Part shown: positions 16,903 through 25,382 of the stretch, in pieces | Numbering within the stretch: the stretch's first letter is position 1 | How the letters are laid out: each line of letters starts with the position of its first letter | From: an uncultured Caulobacteraceae bacterium | GTDB lineage: Bacteria > Pseudomonadota > Alphaproteobacteria > Caulobacterales > Aquidulcibacteraceae | Direction: 5' to 3' | NCBI GenBank assembly: GCA_964642205.1 | Contig: CAZXNY010000001.1 | Span: 1-53,371, forward strand | DNA: 53,371 nt | Notes under the pieces: model-generated | Told to the model about the DNA's origin: nothing | What the model saw: only the letters and a program-made list of their open reading frames with translations | Database searches by the model: none | Program-made: the position numbers and the translations under genes

Positions 16903-18254
16903 TGTCGAACGCGCCGGCGCACGCGCATCCGCTGCTGACGTCGCCGCCGCTGCCAACGCTGCTGCGCCTCGCCGCGCCGAACGCGCTCGCGATGGGCGCT
17001 TCCACTGTCGTTTCGATCGCTGAGACCGCGTATATCGGCGCGCTTGGCGCAGCGCCGCTCGCCGCCGCAGCGCTCGTTTTCCCGATGATCATGCTGATGA
17101 ACATGATGTCGGGCGGCGCGATGGGCGGCGGCGTCTCCTCAGCGATCAGCCGCGCGCTCGGCGCCGGCGCGCATGCGCGTGCGGAAGATTTGGCGCGGCA
17201 CGCCGCGGTTCTCGGCTTTGGCCTAGGGTTCACGTTTCTCGTACTGATGCTGGCCTTCGGCCGCCCGCTCTACGCGCTGCTCGGCGGCGAAGGCGAAGCG
17301 CTGAACGCCGCGATCGGCTATTCCGGCATCGTGTTTTTCGCCGCGGTGAACATCTGGCTCGCCGCGATGTTCTCATCGATCCTGCGCGCGCAGGGCGACA
17401 TGCTCTCACCGTCGATGACGCTGCTCGCGGCGGCGGTGGTGCAGATTGCGCTGGGCGGCGCGCTGTGTTTTGGGTTGGGGCCGTTCCCCCGTCTCGGCAT
17501 TGTCGGTGTTGGCCTCGGGCACGTCATCTCGACGGGCATGAGCGCGCTGGTGATGTTTGCGCTGCTGCGGCGCGAGCGCGCGGCGGTAAAGCTGCGCCTC
17601 GCCGGCCCGCTGCGCGCCGATCTCTTCGCCGACATCTTGCGCGTCGGTTTGCCGGCCTGCCTTTCACCGATTCAATCGGTGCTGACGGTGCTGGTCGTCA
17701 CGGCGGTCGCGGCGCGCTTCGGCACGGAGACGCTCGCTGGTTACGGCATCGGCGCGCGGCTTGAGTTTCTGCTGATCCCGATCGCATTCGCGTTCGGCGT
17801 TGCATCATTGCCGATGGTCGGGCTTGCGGTCGGCGCGGGCGACATTGCGCGCGCGCGTCGCGTGGCGTGGACGGCGGGCGCGCTTGCGGGCGCGATCGTC
17901 GGCGTGCTCGGAATCATCGTCGCGATCTTCCCGGACTTGTGGGCGCGCATCTTCACCGACAACCAAGCCATTCGCGATGCGACCGCTGGGTATCTCCGCA
18001 TCGTCGGCCCCTGCTTCTCCGTCTTCGGCGTCGGGCTCGCGCTCTACTTTTCGTCGCAAGGCGCCGGGCGCGTGCTCGGGCCGATCCTCGCGGGCACGGC
18101 GCGGCTCGTCGTCGTGGCGGTGGGCGGCTGGTATCTCATCTCCACCGATGCGCCGGCCTGGGGCCTCTTCGTCGTGGTCGCGCTAGGGATGCTCGCTTAC
18201 GGCGGCGGCACGGCGCTTTCGGTGCTCCTGACGCCCTGGCGCAAAGCCGGCTGA
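16902..18254 (+). CDS. MATE-family efflux transporter
   Basis: 450 aa and about 12 TM segments. N-terminus LLRLAAPNALAMGASTVVSIAETAYIG is typical of MATE/NorM-like proteins. The ATG overlaps the phaZ stop (TAATG). Confidence 0.8.
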   Translation: MSNAPAHAHPLLTSPPLPTLLRLAAPNALAMGASTVVSIAETAYIGALGAAPLAAAALVFPMIMLMNMMSGGAMGGGVSSAISRALGAGAHARAEDLARHAAVLGFGLGFTFLVLMLAFGRPLYALLGGEGEALNAAIGYSGIVFFAAVNIWLAAMFSSILRAQGDMLSPSMTLLAAAVVQIALGGALCFGLGPFPRLGIVGVGLGHVISTGMSALVMFALLRRERAAVKLRLAGPLRADLFADILRVGLPACLSPIQSVLTVLVVTAVAARFGTETLAGYGIGARLEFLLIPIAFAFGVASLPMVGLAVGAGDIARARRVAWTAGALAGAIVGVLGIIVAIFPDLWARIFTDNQAIRDATAGYLRIVGPCFSVFGVGLALYFSSQGAGRVLGPILAGTARLVVVAVGGWYLISTDAPAWGLFVVVALGMLAYGGGTALSVLLTPWRKAG

Positions 18255-18316
18255 CCCTTGATTTTTGAGCACTTTCTGACGCGGCGGCGCGCCTTGACGC
18301 CCACGGCAACGGGCTT

Positions 18317-18338
18317 TTAGTATGTGTAACAAACTATA
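18317..18338. promoter_or_regulatory. AT-rich operator-like motif overlapping a sigma70-like promoter (TTGACG 18294..18299, 18-nt spacer, TAGTAT 18318..18323)
   Basis: The minus-strand reading ATAGTTTGTTACACATACTA matches 25358..25377 (ATAGTTTGTTGTACGTACTA) at 17 of 20 positions. It has partial dyad symmetry, TAGT-N13-ACTA. It lies about 55 nt upstream of the FadB-like ATG. Confidence 0.5.
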
Positions 18339-18391
18339 CGTGGCATGACCTGTCTCTGAGGCTGGCGCGCCCGACACATGGGGGCCGGCCA

Positions 18392-20488
18392 ATGACCGTG
18401 CAGTACGACGTTCAAGATTCCATCGCGATCCTCACCATCGACCGGCCGCCGGTGAACGCGATCGACGTGAATGTGCGCAAGGGCTTGTGCGACGGCGTGC
18501 GCAAGGCGAGCGCGGACGGCGCGGTGAGGGCGATCTTCATCTGCGCGGCAGGGCGCACGTTCCTCTCGGGCGCAGAGCTCTCCGAGTTCGACACGCCAAT
18601 CGCAGACCCTGGTTATTATGAAACGCTTGCGCTGATCGAAGCGTGCGACAAACCGGTGGTCGTCGCGCTGCACGGGACAGCGCTCGGCGGCGGGCTCGAA
18701 ACCGCGCTCGCCTGTCACTATCGCTGCGCCGTGCCTGATGCGCGCATGGGCTTTCCGGAAATCACGCTCGGCATCGTGCCTGGCGCCGGCGGCACGCAAC
18801 GCCTTCCGCGATTGGTGGGCGCCGTGAAGACGCTCGACTTTATGCTCTCGGGCGCGCCGTTCGGCGCGGAAGAAGCGCTCGCGCTCGGCGTGATCGACAA
18901 GATCGTGCCCTCGCCGCGCGAAGGCGGACTCGCCTACGCCAGGGAACTGGTGGCGCAAGACGCAAAGCCCCGGCGCACCGGCGATCGCAGCGTCGACGCA
19001 GCTGGGTTCGATGAGGCCGGGATCGCGGCGCTGCTCAAGAAGCACGAGCGCGGTCTCAAGGGACGCTCAACGCAGCATGCGATCCTCGCCGCGATCCGCG
19101 CCTCCGTCGAAAACAGCTTCGCCGATGGCCTGAAGCGCGAAGACGAACTCTCCCGCGCCTCCCTGCTCACGCGTGAATCGCAAGCGCTGCGGCACATCTT
19201 CTTTGCCGAGCGCGACGTCGCGAAAATTCCTGGACTTCCGCCGACGAAAGCGCTGCCGATCGAGCGCGCTGCCGTTGTCGGCGCGGGCACGATGGGCGGC
19301 GGCATCGCGATGTCGTTCGCCAATTCTGGTGTGCCGGTGACGCTGATCGAGGTGAGCCAAGAGGCGCTCGACCGCGGCATGAAAACGATCCGCGCAAACT
19401 ACGATGAGACGGTGAAGCGCGGACGGCTGACGGAGTCCGAGCGGGACGCGCGGCTCGCGCTGATCGGCGGCGCGCTCGATGCCAGCGGCGCGAAGGACGC
19501 GGATGTGGCCGTCGAAGCCGTGTTCGAGAACATGGCGCTGAAGAAGTCGATCCTCGCGAACCTCGACAAGGCAATGAAGCCGGGTGCGATCATCGCCTCC
19601 AACACGTCAACATTGTCGCTCGCCGAGCTCGCGAGCGCGACCAAACGGCCGGACAAAGTCGTGGGCCTCCACTTCTTCTCCCCGGCGCACATCATGCGGC
19701 TGCTGGAAATCGTGCGCTACGAAGCAACGACGCCGGAAACGCTGGTCACCGCGCTCGATGTCGCGCGCAAGCTGCGCAAGACGGGCGTCGTTTCCGGCGA
19801 CGCGTTCGGCTTCATCGGCAACAAGATGATGCAGGACGGCTATTTCCGCGAAGCTGAGCAGATGCTGCTCGAAGGCGCCCCGCCTGAGCAGATCGACCGC
19901 GTGATGGAAGCGTTCGGTTTCGCGATGGGCCCCAACCGCGTGAACGACATGGCGGGTGTCGATGTCGGCACGCTGGTGCGCCAAGAGCTGGCGACCCGAG
20001 AGACGCGGCCCGATCCGTACTTCGTCGTCTCCGATGCGCTGACGCCGCTTGGGCGCCTCGGGCAAAAAACCGGCAAAGGCGTTTATCGTTATGAGCCGGG
20101 AGACCGCACCGCGCATCCCGATCCGGAGGTCACAGCGCTGATCGAGCGCCTGGCGGCCGAGCGGCAGATCAAGCGCGGGCCGATCTCGGATGCGGAGATC
20201 GAGGAGCGCTGCATTCTGCCGCTCATCAACACGGGCGCTGACCTGCTCGCGAACGGCATCGCCTATCGCGCGGCGGACATCGATGTGGTGTGGACGAGCG
20301 GCTACGGCTTCCCGCGCCATCTGGGCGGGCCGATGTTTTACGGTGACACCCTTGGGCTGAAGAACGTGCTCGCGCGCGTGGAAGCCTATCACGCCAAGCA
20401 CGGCTATTACTGGACGCCATCGCCACTGCTGATCGAACTCGCGAAGGCGGGCAAGACATTCACGGATTACGACAAGGGCCGCGCGTAG
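18392..20488 (+). CDS. bifunctional enoyl-CoA hydratase / 3-hydroxyacyl-CoA dehydrogenase (FadB/FadJ-like)
   Basis: 698 aa. N-terminal crotonase fold (IAILTIDRPPVNAID, VVALHGTALGGGLETAL) is followed by an NAD-binding GXGXXG (AAVVGAGTMGGGIA) and a 3HCDH C-terminal region. Confidence 0.88.
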   Translation: MTVQYDVQDSIAILTIDRPPVNAIDVNVRKGLCDGVRKASADGAVRAIFICAAGRTFLSGAELSEFDTPIADPGYYETLALIEACDKPVVVALHGTALGGGLETALACHYRCAVPDARMGFPEITLGIVPGAGGTQRLPRLVGAVKTLDFMLSGAPFGAEEALALGVIDKIVPSPREGGLAYARELVAQDAKPRRTGDRSVDAAGFDEAGIAALLKKHERGLKGRSTQHAILAAIRASVENSFADGLKREDELSRASLLTRESQALRHIFFAERDVAKIPGLPPTKALPIERAAVVGAGTMGGGIAMSFANSGVPVTLIEVSQEALDRGMKTIRANYDETVKRGRLTESERDARLALIGGALDASGAKDADVAVEAVFENMALKKSILANLDKAMKPGAIIASNTSTLSLAELASATKRPDKVVGLHFFSPAHIMRLLEIVRYEATTPETLVTALDVARKLRKTGVVSGDAFGFIGNKMMQDGYFREAEQMLLEGAPPEQIDRVMEAFGFAMGPNRVNDMAGVDVGTLVRQELATRETRPDPYFVVSDALTPLGRLGQKTGKGVYRYEPGDRTAHPDPEVTALIERLAAERQIKRGPISDAEIEERCILPLINTGADLLANGIAYRAADIDVVWTSGYGFPRHLGGPMFYGDTLGLKNVLARVEAYHAKHGYYWTPSPLLIELAKAGKTFTDYDKGRA

Positions 20489-20491
20489 CCG

Positions 20492-21517
20492 CTAGGCGCT
20501 GCCGCGCCGCATGAGCTCGAAGCCAACGTCGAACACGTTGCGCTCGGGCTCGCGCCCGGCGGCACGGTCGATCAATATCTTCGCCGCGATGCGCCCGATT
20601 TCCGCGCCGTCGATGCGCACCGTGCTGAGCGCTGGTTCGGTGGCGTCTGCGAATTCCAAATCGCCGAACCCGAACACCGCGACGTCTTCTGGCGTTTTCA
20701 GACCGCGCCTTTGCGCTTCGATCAGCACGCCGTGCGCTTGCCAATCGGAACTGCAGAACACGCAATCGGGTGGAGCGCCCTTGGCGCATGCGTCCGCGAA
20801 GGCTGAACGGCCTTGTGCGAGACTTGTCGGCACGGGAAACGGCGCCGCGCTTGTCGTCGCCACGCCCAGTCGCTCCATCGCCGCGCGAAAGCCGCGTTCG
20901 CGCGCGAGAGCACGCGGTGTATTTGTCGAGAGCACCAAGGGCCGGCGGCGGCGCGCGGCGTGCAGCGTCTCGGCAACCGCTTTGCCGACCGCCTCGTGCG
21001 AAAAGCCCACCGCCACGTCGATCGGCTCAGCGGGCAAATCCCATGTTTCGATCACGGTCGCGCCGGTGCCAACGATGCGCCGCTTCAGTTCGCCTTCGCG
21101 CAAGTTTCCCGTGACGATGATCGCCTCGGGCCTGCGGGCGAGGATCGTGTCGACAACACTCGCCATGCGCTCATCGCCGCCGCCAGAGAGCGAGAGCATG
21201 ACCTGGTAGTTCGCTTCCGCGAGCGCGACCGTCATGGACTCGACGGTTTCGTTGAAGATCGAACGCGCGATATTCGGAACGATGGCGGCGACGAGGCGGC
21301 TGCGATTCGACGCGAGGCCGCCCGCCATCAGGTTCGGCACATAGCCCGTTTGCTTGATCGCGTCCTGCACGCGCTCAAGCGTTTCGGCAGCGACGATCTG
21401 CGGTGTGTTGAGCACGCGTGAAACCGTCGCGGGTGAAACGCGCGCGAGGCGCGCGACCTCATGCAGCGTCGGGCGCGCTTGGGCTGCGTTTTGTCCTGAT
21501 CGAAGCGTCGGCCTCAT
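20492..21517 (-). CDS. LacI-family transcriptional regulator
   Basis: PTLHEVARLARVSPATVSRVLN helix-turn-helix followed by a periplasmic-binding-protein-like sugar-binding fold. The start is uncertain (ATG at 21517 or TTG at 21559). Confidence 0.8.
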   Translation of the reverse strand: MRPTLRSGQNAAQARPTLHEVARLARVSPATVSRVLNTPQIVAAETLERVQDAIKQTGYVPNLMAGGLASNRSRLVAAIVPNIARSIFNETVESMTVALAEANYQVMLSLSGGGDERMASVVDTILARRPEAIIVTGNLREGELKRRIVGTGATVIETWDLPAEPIDVAVGFSHEAVGKAVAETLHAARRRRPLVLSTNTPRALARERGFRAAMERLGVATTSAAPFPVPTSLAQGRSAFADACAKGAPPDCVFCSSDWQAHGVLIEAQRRGLKTPEDVAVFGFGDLEFADATEPALSTVRIDGAEIGRIAAKILIDRAAGREPERNVFDVGFELMRRGSA

Positions 21518-21572
21518 TGCGTGCGATTGAACAGCGGCCTGGGCCGCCAAGGCAAGCAAGATCGTGCGATAC

Positions 21573-21602
21573 GGGCCGCGCCGTTACAACACGGCGCGGC
21601 CC
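21573..21602 (-). terminator. GC-rich hairpin (11-bp perfect stem, 8-nt loop) just after the receptor pseudogene stop
   Basis: GGGCCGCGCCG-ttacaaca-CGGCGCGGCCC lies 12 nt downstream of the stop at 21614. There is no clear U-tract, so this is terminator-like rather than canonical. Confidence 0.5.
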
Positions 21603-21613
21603 AATCGCCTCGC

Positions 21614-23769
21614 CTATTCGCCGAACGAGTAGACGACCCGCGCCCCATATTGCCGCGGCGCCCCGTAGAGCAAGCCGCCGTCCGAGCTGGACGAGTTCTG
21701 CACCTGCGATGCGATGTAGCGCTCATCGAGCAGATTCGAGACAAAGCCCTCGATGCGCCAAGCCGCATTCGGCTCATACGTGAGGCGCGCATCCCAAACC
21801 GTGCGGCCATCGACTCGTGTCGCCGCACTCGGGAACGGCGTCGCGACCTGATCAGTCATCGCCGACACTTGCAGGCGCGGCGTCAGCACGCTTTCGCCGA
21901 AGCGGAAGTCGTACTGAATGCCGGCGCTGCCGGTCCATTGCGGCGAGAACGGCAGATCGCGGCCAACCGGCACGATCTCGTTCTGGCCAGACACTGTGTT
22001 TTGCAGCGTCGAGACTTCCGAGAACGTGGCGTCGAGGTAAGCGACGCCTGCGTTCAGCATCAGATCTCCGAAGACGGCCTGCATTTCCAACTCGGCGCCA
22101 GACGATTCGCCCGCGGCCGCGTTGCGTGTGCGCGGGGCGCCGTTCACCAGCGCGGCGAACTGGATGTCTTCGTATTCTGAAGTAAACACATCGCCGTTGA
22201 GCCGGAAACGCCCGTCAAGCAACGTCGCTTTGAAGCCGATTTCCGTGACGAGGTTTGTTTCCGGGGCGAAGACGCCGTCCGTAACGACGAGGTTCACACC
22301 GCCCGCCTTGTAGCCACGCGCGACCGACGCATAGACCAGCAGGTCATCCGTCGGCGTGAAGTTGAGCGCGACGCGGCCTGTGGTGGCTTCCGAGTTGGCG
22401 ATCCCGAAGCCCGCGCCCGGCGGCGGCGCGACGTAGCGCGTATATTCTTGCGAGTCTTCTGAGTACCGCGCGCCGACGCTGAGTTCGAGTTGCGGCGTGA
22501 ACGCGTAGGAGAACTGCCCGAACACCGATTCCGAGAAATTGTCGGCGTCGGTCATCGTCGTGTTGTTCGCGGGGAACACCGGCACGTCGCAAACCGGGCG
22601 GGCCGGCAGCGCGCAATTGAAGCGGCGCAGGAAGACCGGAATGTTTTCTTGCATCGCGAAGGCGCCGACCACCCATTGGAACGGGCCATCGCCTGTCGAG
22701 ACGATGTTGAGCTCGTTCACGAGCGTGTTGATGCGCGTCAGCGCGTATCCAAGCCGTGCGCCTTGCGGTGGACTTGCGGGATTGGCCGGCACGGAGCTCG
22801 TGCGATCGCCATCGGCCTGATCTTCGTTGTAGCTGTACTGATAGCTTGTCAGCCAACGGATCTGCGCTTCTTCCCACGCATCCCAGCGCGCCTCGAACGT
22901 CGTGCGATAGCCCGCGTTTGCAGATTGAACGAACGGCCGTCCTCGCGGATGCGGAAGGGTTCGGGATCGGGATCGTTGCGGTTCTTGATCGCGTTGTAGT
23001 CGCTGTCGCTCCGGAAATATTCATGGCTCAGGTTGAACGAAAGCTCGTCCAGCGGCTGAAACAGCGCGTGAACCCGGAAGCCGTGGAAGAGAACATTGCC
23101 CGGGTCCGACGATGAGGAGCCGACATTGTCGGTGAAACTGTCGCGCGTGTCGTAAATGCCGGCGACGCGAACGGCCAAATTGTTCGTCAGCGGAATATTG
23201 AGGGCGCCGACGGTGCGGCTCAGCGAATAATCTCCGACCGTCTGATCGATGTATCCGCCCCACGTGCCAATCTCCGGCGCACGTGAGCGCACATAAAGCG
23301 CGCCGCCGGTTGAGTTCTGCCCCGACAGCGTGCCTTGCGGGCCGCGCAGGATTTCAACCTGGCCGATGTCGTAGAACGAGCCGCCGATGGTCTGTTCGTG
23401 CGGGACGAGCGCGCCGTTGAAGTAATACGCAACGCCGGGCGAGGACGTTGGCGCCGACTGCGCGATGCCGACGCCGCGAATGTTGATGAACGTTGAGCGG
23501 TTGAACGTGTTGATCGCGATGCTCGGGGAGACCTGCTGCAGATCGGCGACGTTATCGACGCCCTGGCGCGCGAGCGCGTCGGCGTTGAGGACGGTCGCGG
23601 AGATCGGCACGTCCTGCAGGCTTTGCTCGCGGCGCTCCGCCGTGATCACGACGTCTTCGACGACGTTGCCGCTTTGCGCGTGGGCGGGAGCTGCGATCCC
23701 CGCCGCGAGCGCCAATGTGGCCGAGCCAAACAGGAATGCAGCCCGTGCGGGCTTCACCGAAGCAGTCAT
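21614..23769 (-). pseudogene. TonB-dependent receptor interrupted by a single frameshift (or a sequencing error)
   Basis: ORF 22849..23769 carries the signal peptide and plug (VVITAERREQSLQDVPISATVL). ORF 21614..22792 carries the barrel. By hand translation the C-terminal frame is open back to a stop at 23021..23023 and reads ...NAGYRTTFEARWDAWEEAQIRWLTSYQYSYNEDQADGDRTSSVPANPA. The N-terminal frame reads ...PFRIREDGRSFNLQ and then becomes Arg-rich nonsense. The frames switch at minus-strand CTGCAAACGCGG (plus 22912..22923), consistent with loss of one A from CAAAAC. Confidence 0.75.
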
Positions 23770-23947
23770 ATTTCCCTCCCCGCGCGACTTCGCCTGGCAG
23801 CCAGCGCACCGGCCGCCAGCACGAGACGCTTGCGCAGCGTGAGGCTAGCCGCGCGGCGGCGCTATGCAAGCGATTTCAGACGTGTCGCATACGATTATTT
23901 GGGCAAACGAATACCCCTGTGCCAGCGGCGCCACACCGGGGGCGCCG

Positions 23948-23965
23948 CCTGAAACGCGTTTCAGG
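23948..23965. promoter_or_regulatory. 18-nt perfect palindrome CCTGAAACGCGTTTCAGG
   Basis: It overlaps the stop codon of the PrpD-like gene (23961..23963) and lies about 180 nt upstream of the receptor-LacI unit. It is either a LacI-type operator or an RNA hairpin. A second stem, GCGGCGCC-N8-GGCGCCGC, follows on the minus strand. Confidence 0.35.
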
Positions 23966-25337
23966 CGGGCGCCGAAAGCAGCGCGCGCGCCGCGTCGGCT
24001 TCGCGCTCAAGCGCGAAGATTGCATCGATCACCTGCGTTCGGCGCGCGGGCGGCCATGGATGGGCGGCGCGATCGGCGCATTGGTTGAACTTGGCTATCA
24101 GCGCGTCACGGCCCATCGGGTTGTTCGGATGTCCGAAGGCGTGCGCGATTTCGCGCGTGAGCACGCGGCCATCGCGCAAAGATGCCGTGAGAACACCGCC
24201 AGCCGTTTTGTCCGGCCCCCAATCGCTGCGTGGCGCAAAGTTGGTCAGCGCCGCCAGTGCGAGCACCTCAGGCGAACCACGGGCTTCCGGAGAGAAGCTG
24301 TCGAGCGTCACCGCGCCGTGTACGAACGCGGCGCCGACTGTGAAGGGTAACGAGAACTTCGCGTCGATCGCCGTTGCCGGCGCACGCTTTTGCGCTTGCG
24401 GCTCGATCAGCATCGTCAGCATCGGGATGCCGCTGAGATCGAGGCGTTCGATATCTGCGGCCCCGACGCCTTCGGCGCGCAATGCGAGCGCCGCCTCGAT
24501 AAAGGCGTGCGTGCCGCGGCAGCTCGGCCAGAACTTGAAGCTCACGTCTTCGCCCAGGAAGCGCGCGCCGAGGTCGCCGGTTAGAACGCCTGCGTCGTAG
24601 TCGCCGGCTGCGTAAAGCGCGAAGAAGCCCGCCTTGCCCTCGAAGGGTGCATCGAAGCCACGCACGCCGCGCCGTGCGAGATCTACCGAAAGCACCGCTG
24701 CTTGCGCGCCGAACGCATCGCGCACAGCGCGGATGTGCGAGTGCGCGCTGTACTTTATCTCGCCGCTGCAGACGGATTGGCAAAGCGTGAGCGACAGCGC
24801 ATCGACAATCTGTTCTGCGTTGAGGCCCAGCACCTTCGCCGCGGCGGCGGTCGCGCCAAACGCGCTGAACATTGGCGGCGGATACCAGCCGAAGCTCTCC
24901 ATCGGCGTTTTGAGGCAAAGGCCGATGCGGCAAGTGAGATCGCAGCCGACGGCGATCGCCGCTAGCAGCGTCCGGCCATCGACGCCGCCACGCATTTCTG
25001 CCGCCGCAAGCGCAGCGGGAATGACCGCGGCATTTGGGTGCAACGGCGCGCCGTCATAAGCGTCTTCGAAATCGAGCGCGTGCGCCATGGCGCCATTCGC
25101 GAGCGCGGCCAGCGCGGCCGGCGCCCTCTGATCGTAACCGATGATCGAGACATCGCCGCCGCCCGACGCGCGTGCGAGATCGACAAACGCCCCACATCCC
25201 TCGCCCATGCCGCTCGCGCCAAGCGTGACGCCAAGCGCATCAAGCAGCGACTTCTTCGTCGCCTCAAGCGCGCCGGACGAGATCTGTTCGTAGCGCGCGC
25301 TGGCAATGTGCTCGGCGATTTGGCGCGACAGATTCAT
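23961..25337 (-). CDS. MmgE/PrpD-family protein (2-methylcitrate dehydratase-like fold, specificity unknown)
   Basis: Trimmed to the ATG at 25337 (AAGGAG SD upstream), giving 458 aa. MNLSRQIAEHIASARYEQISSGALEATKKSLLDALGV is a typical PrpD-family N-terminus. Confidence 0.8.
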   Translation of the reverse strand: MNLSRQIAEHIASARYEQISSGALEATKKSLLDALGVTLGASGMGEGCGAFVDLARASGGGDVSIIGYDQRAPAALAALANGAMAHALDFEDAYDGAPLHPNAAVIPAALAAAEMRGGVDGRTLLAAIAVGCDLTCRIGLCLKTPMESFGWYPPPMFSAFGATAAAAKVLGLNAEQIVDALSLTLCQSVCSGEIKYSAHSHIRAVRDAFGAQAAVLSVDLARRGVRGFDAPFEGKAGFFALYAAGDYDAGVLTGDLGARFLGEDVSFKFWPSCRGTHAFIEAALALRAEGVGAADIERLDLSGIPMLTMLIEPQAQKRAPATAIDAKFSLPFTVGAAFVHGAVTLDSFSPEARGSPEVLALAALTNFAPRSDWGPDKTAGGVLTASLRDGRVLTREIAHAFGHPNNPMGRDALIAKFNQCADRAAHPWPPARRTQVIDAIFALEREADAARALLSAPA

Positions 25338-25356
25338 GGATGCTCCTTGCGCGCAC

Positions 25357-25379
25357 AATAGTTTGTTGTACGTACTATT
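25357..25379. promoter_or_regulatory. AT-rich dyad AATAGT-N11-ACTATT filling a 45-bp divergent intergenic region
   Basis: AATAGTTTGTTGTACGTACTATT has a 6-nt perfect inverted repeat. It matches the motif at 18317..18338 (17/20) and shares ATAGTTTG with 8182..8189. The inner GTACGTAC is itself palindromic. Confidence 0.5.
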
Positions 25380-25382
25380 TCA

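Noticed and set aside
23770-23947. Possible riboswitch (for example cobalamin) in the leader of about 190 nt of the frameshifted TonB-dependent receptor.
   Set aside because: I could not find a B12-box-like core or any other recognisable riboswitch consensus. The region is short for such an element and is partly explained by hairpins belonging to the upstream gene's 3' end.
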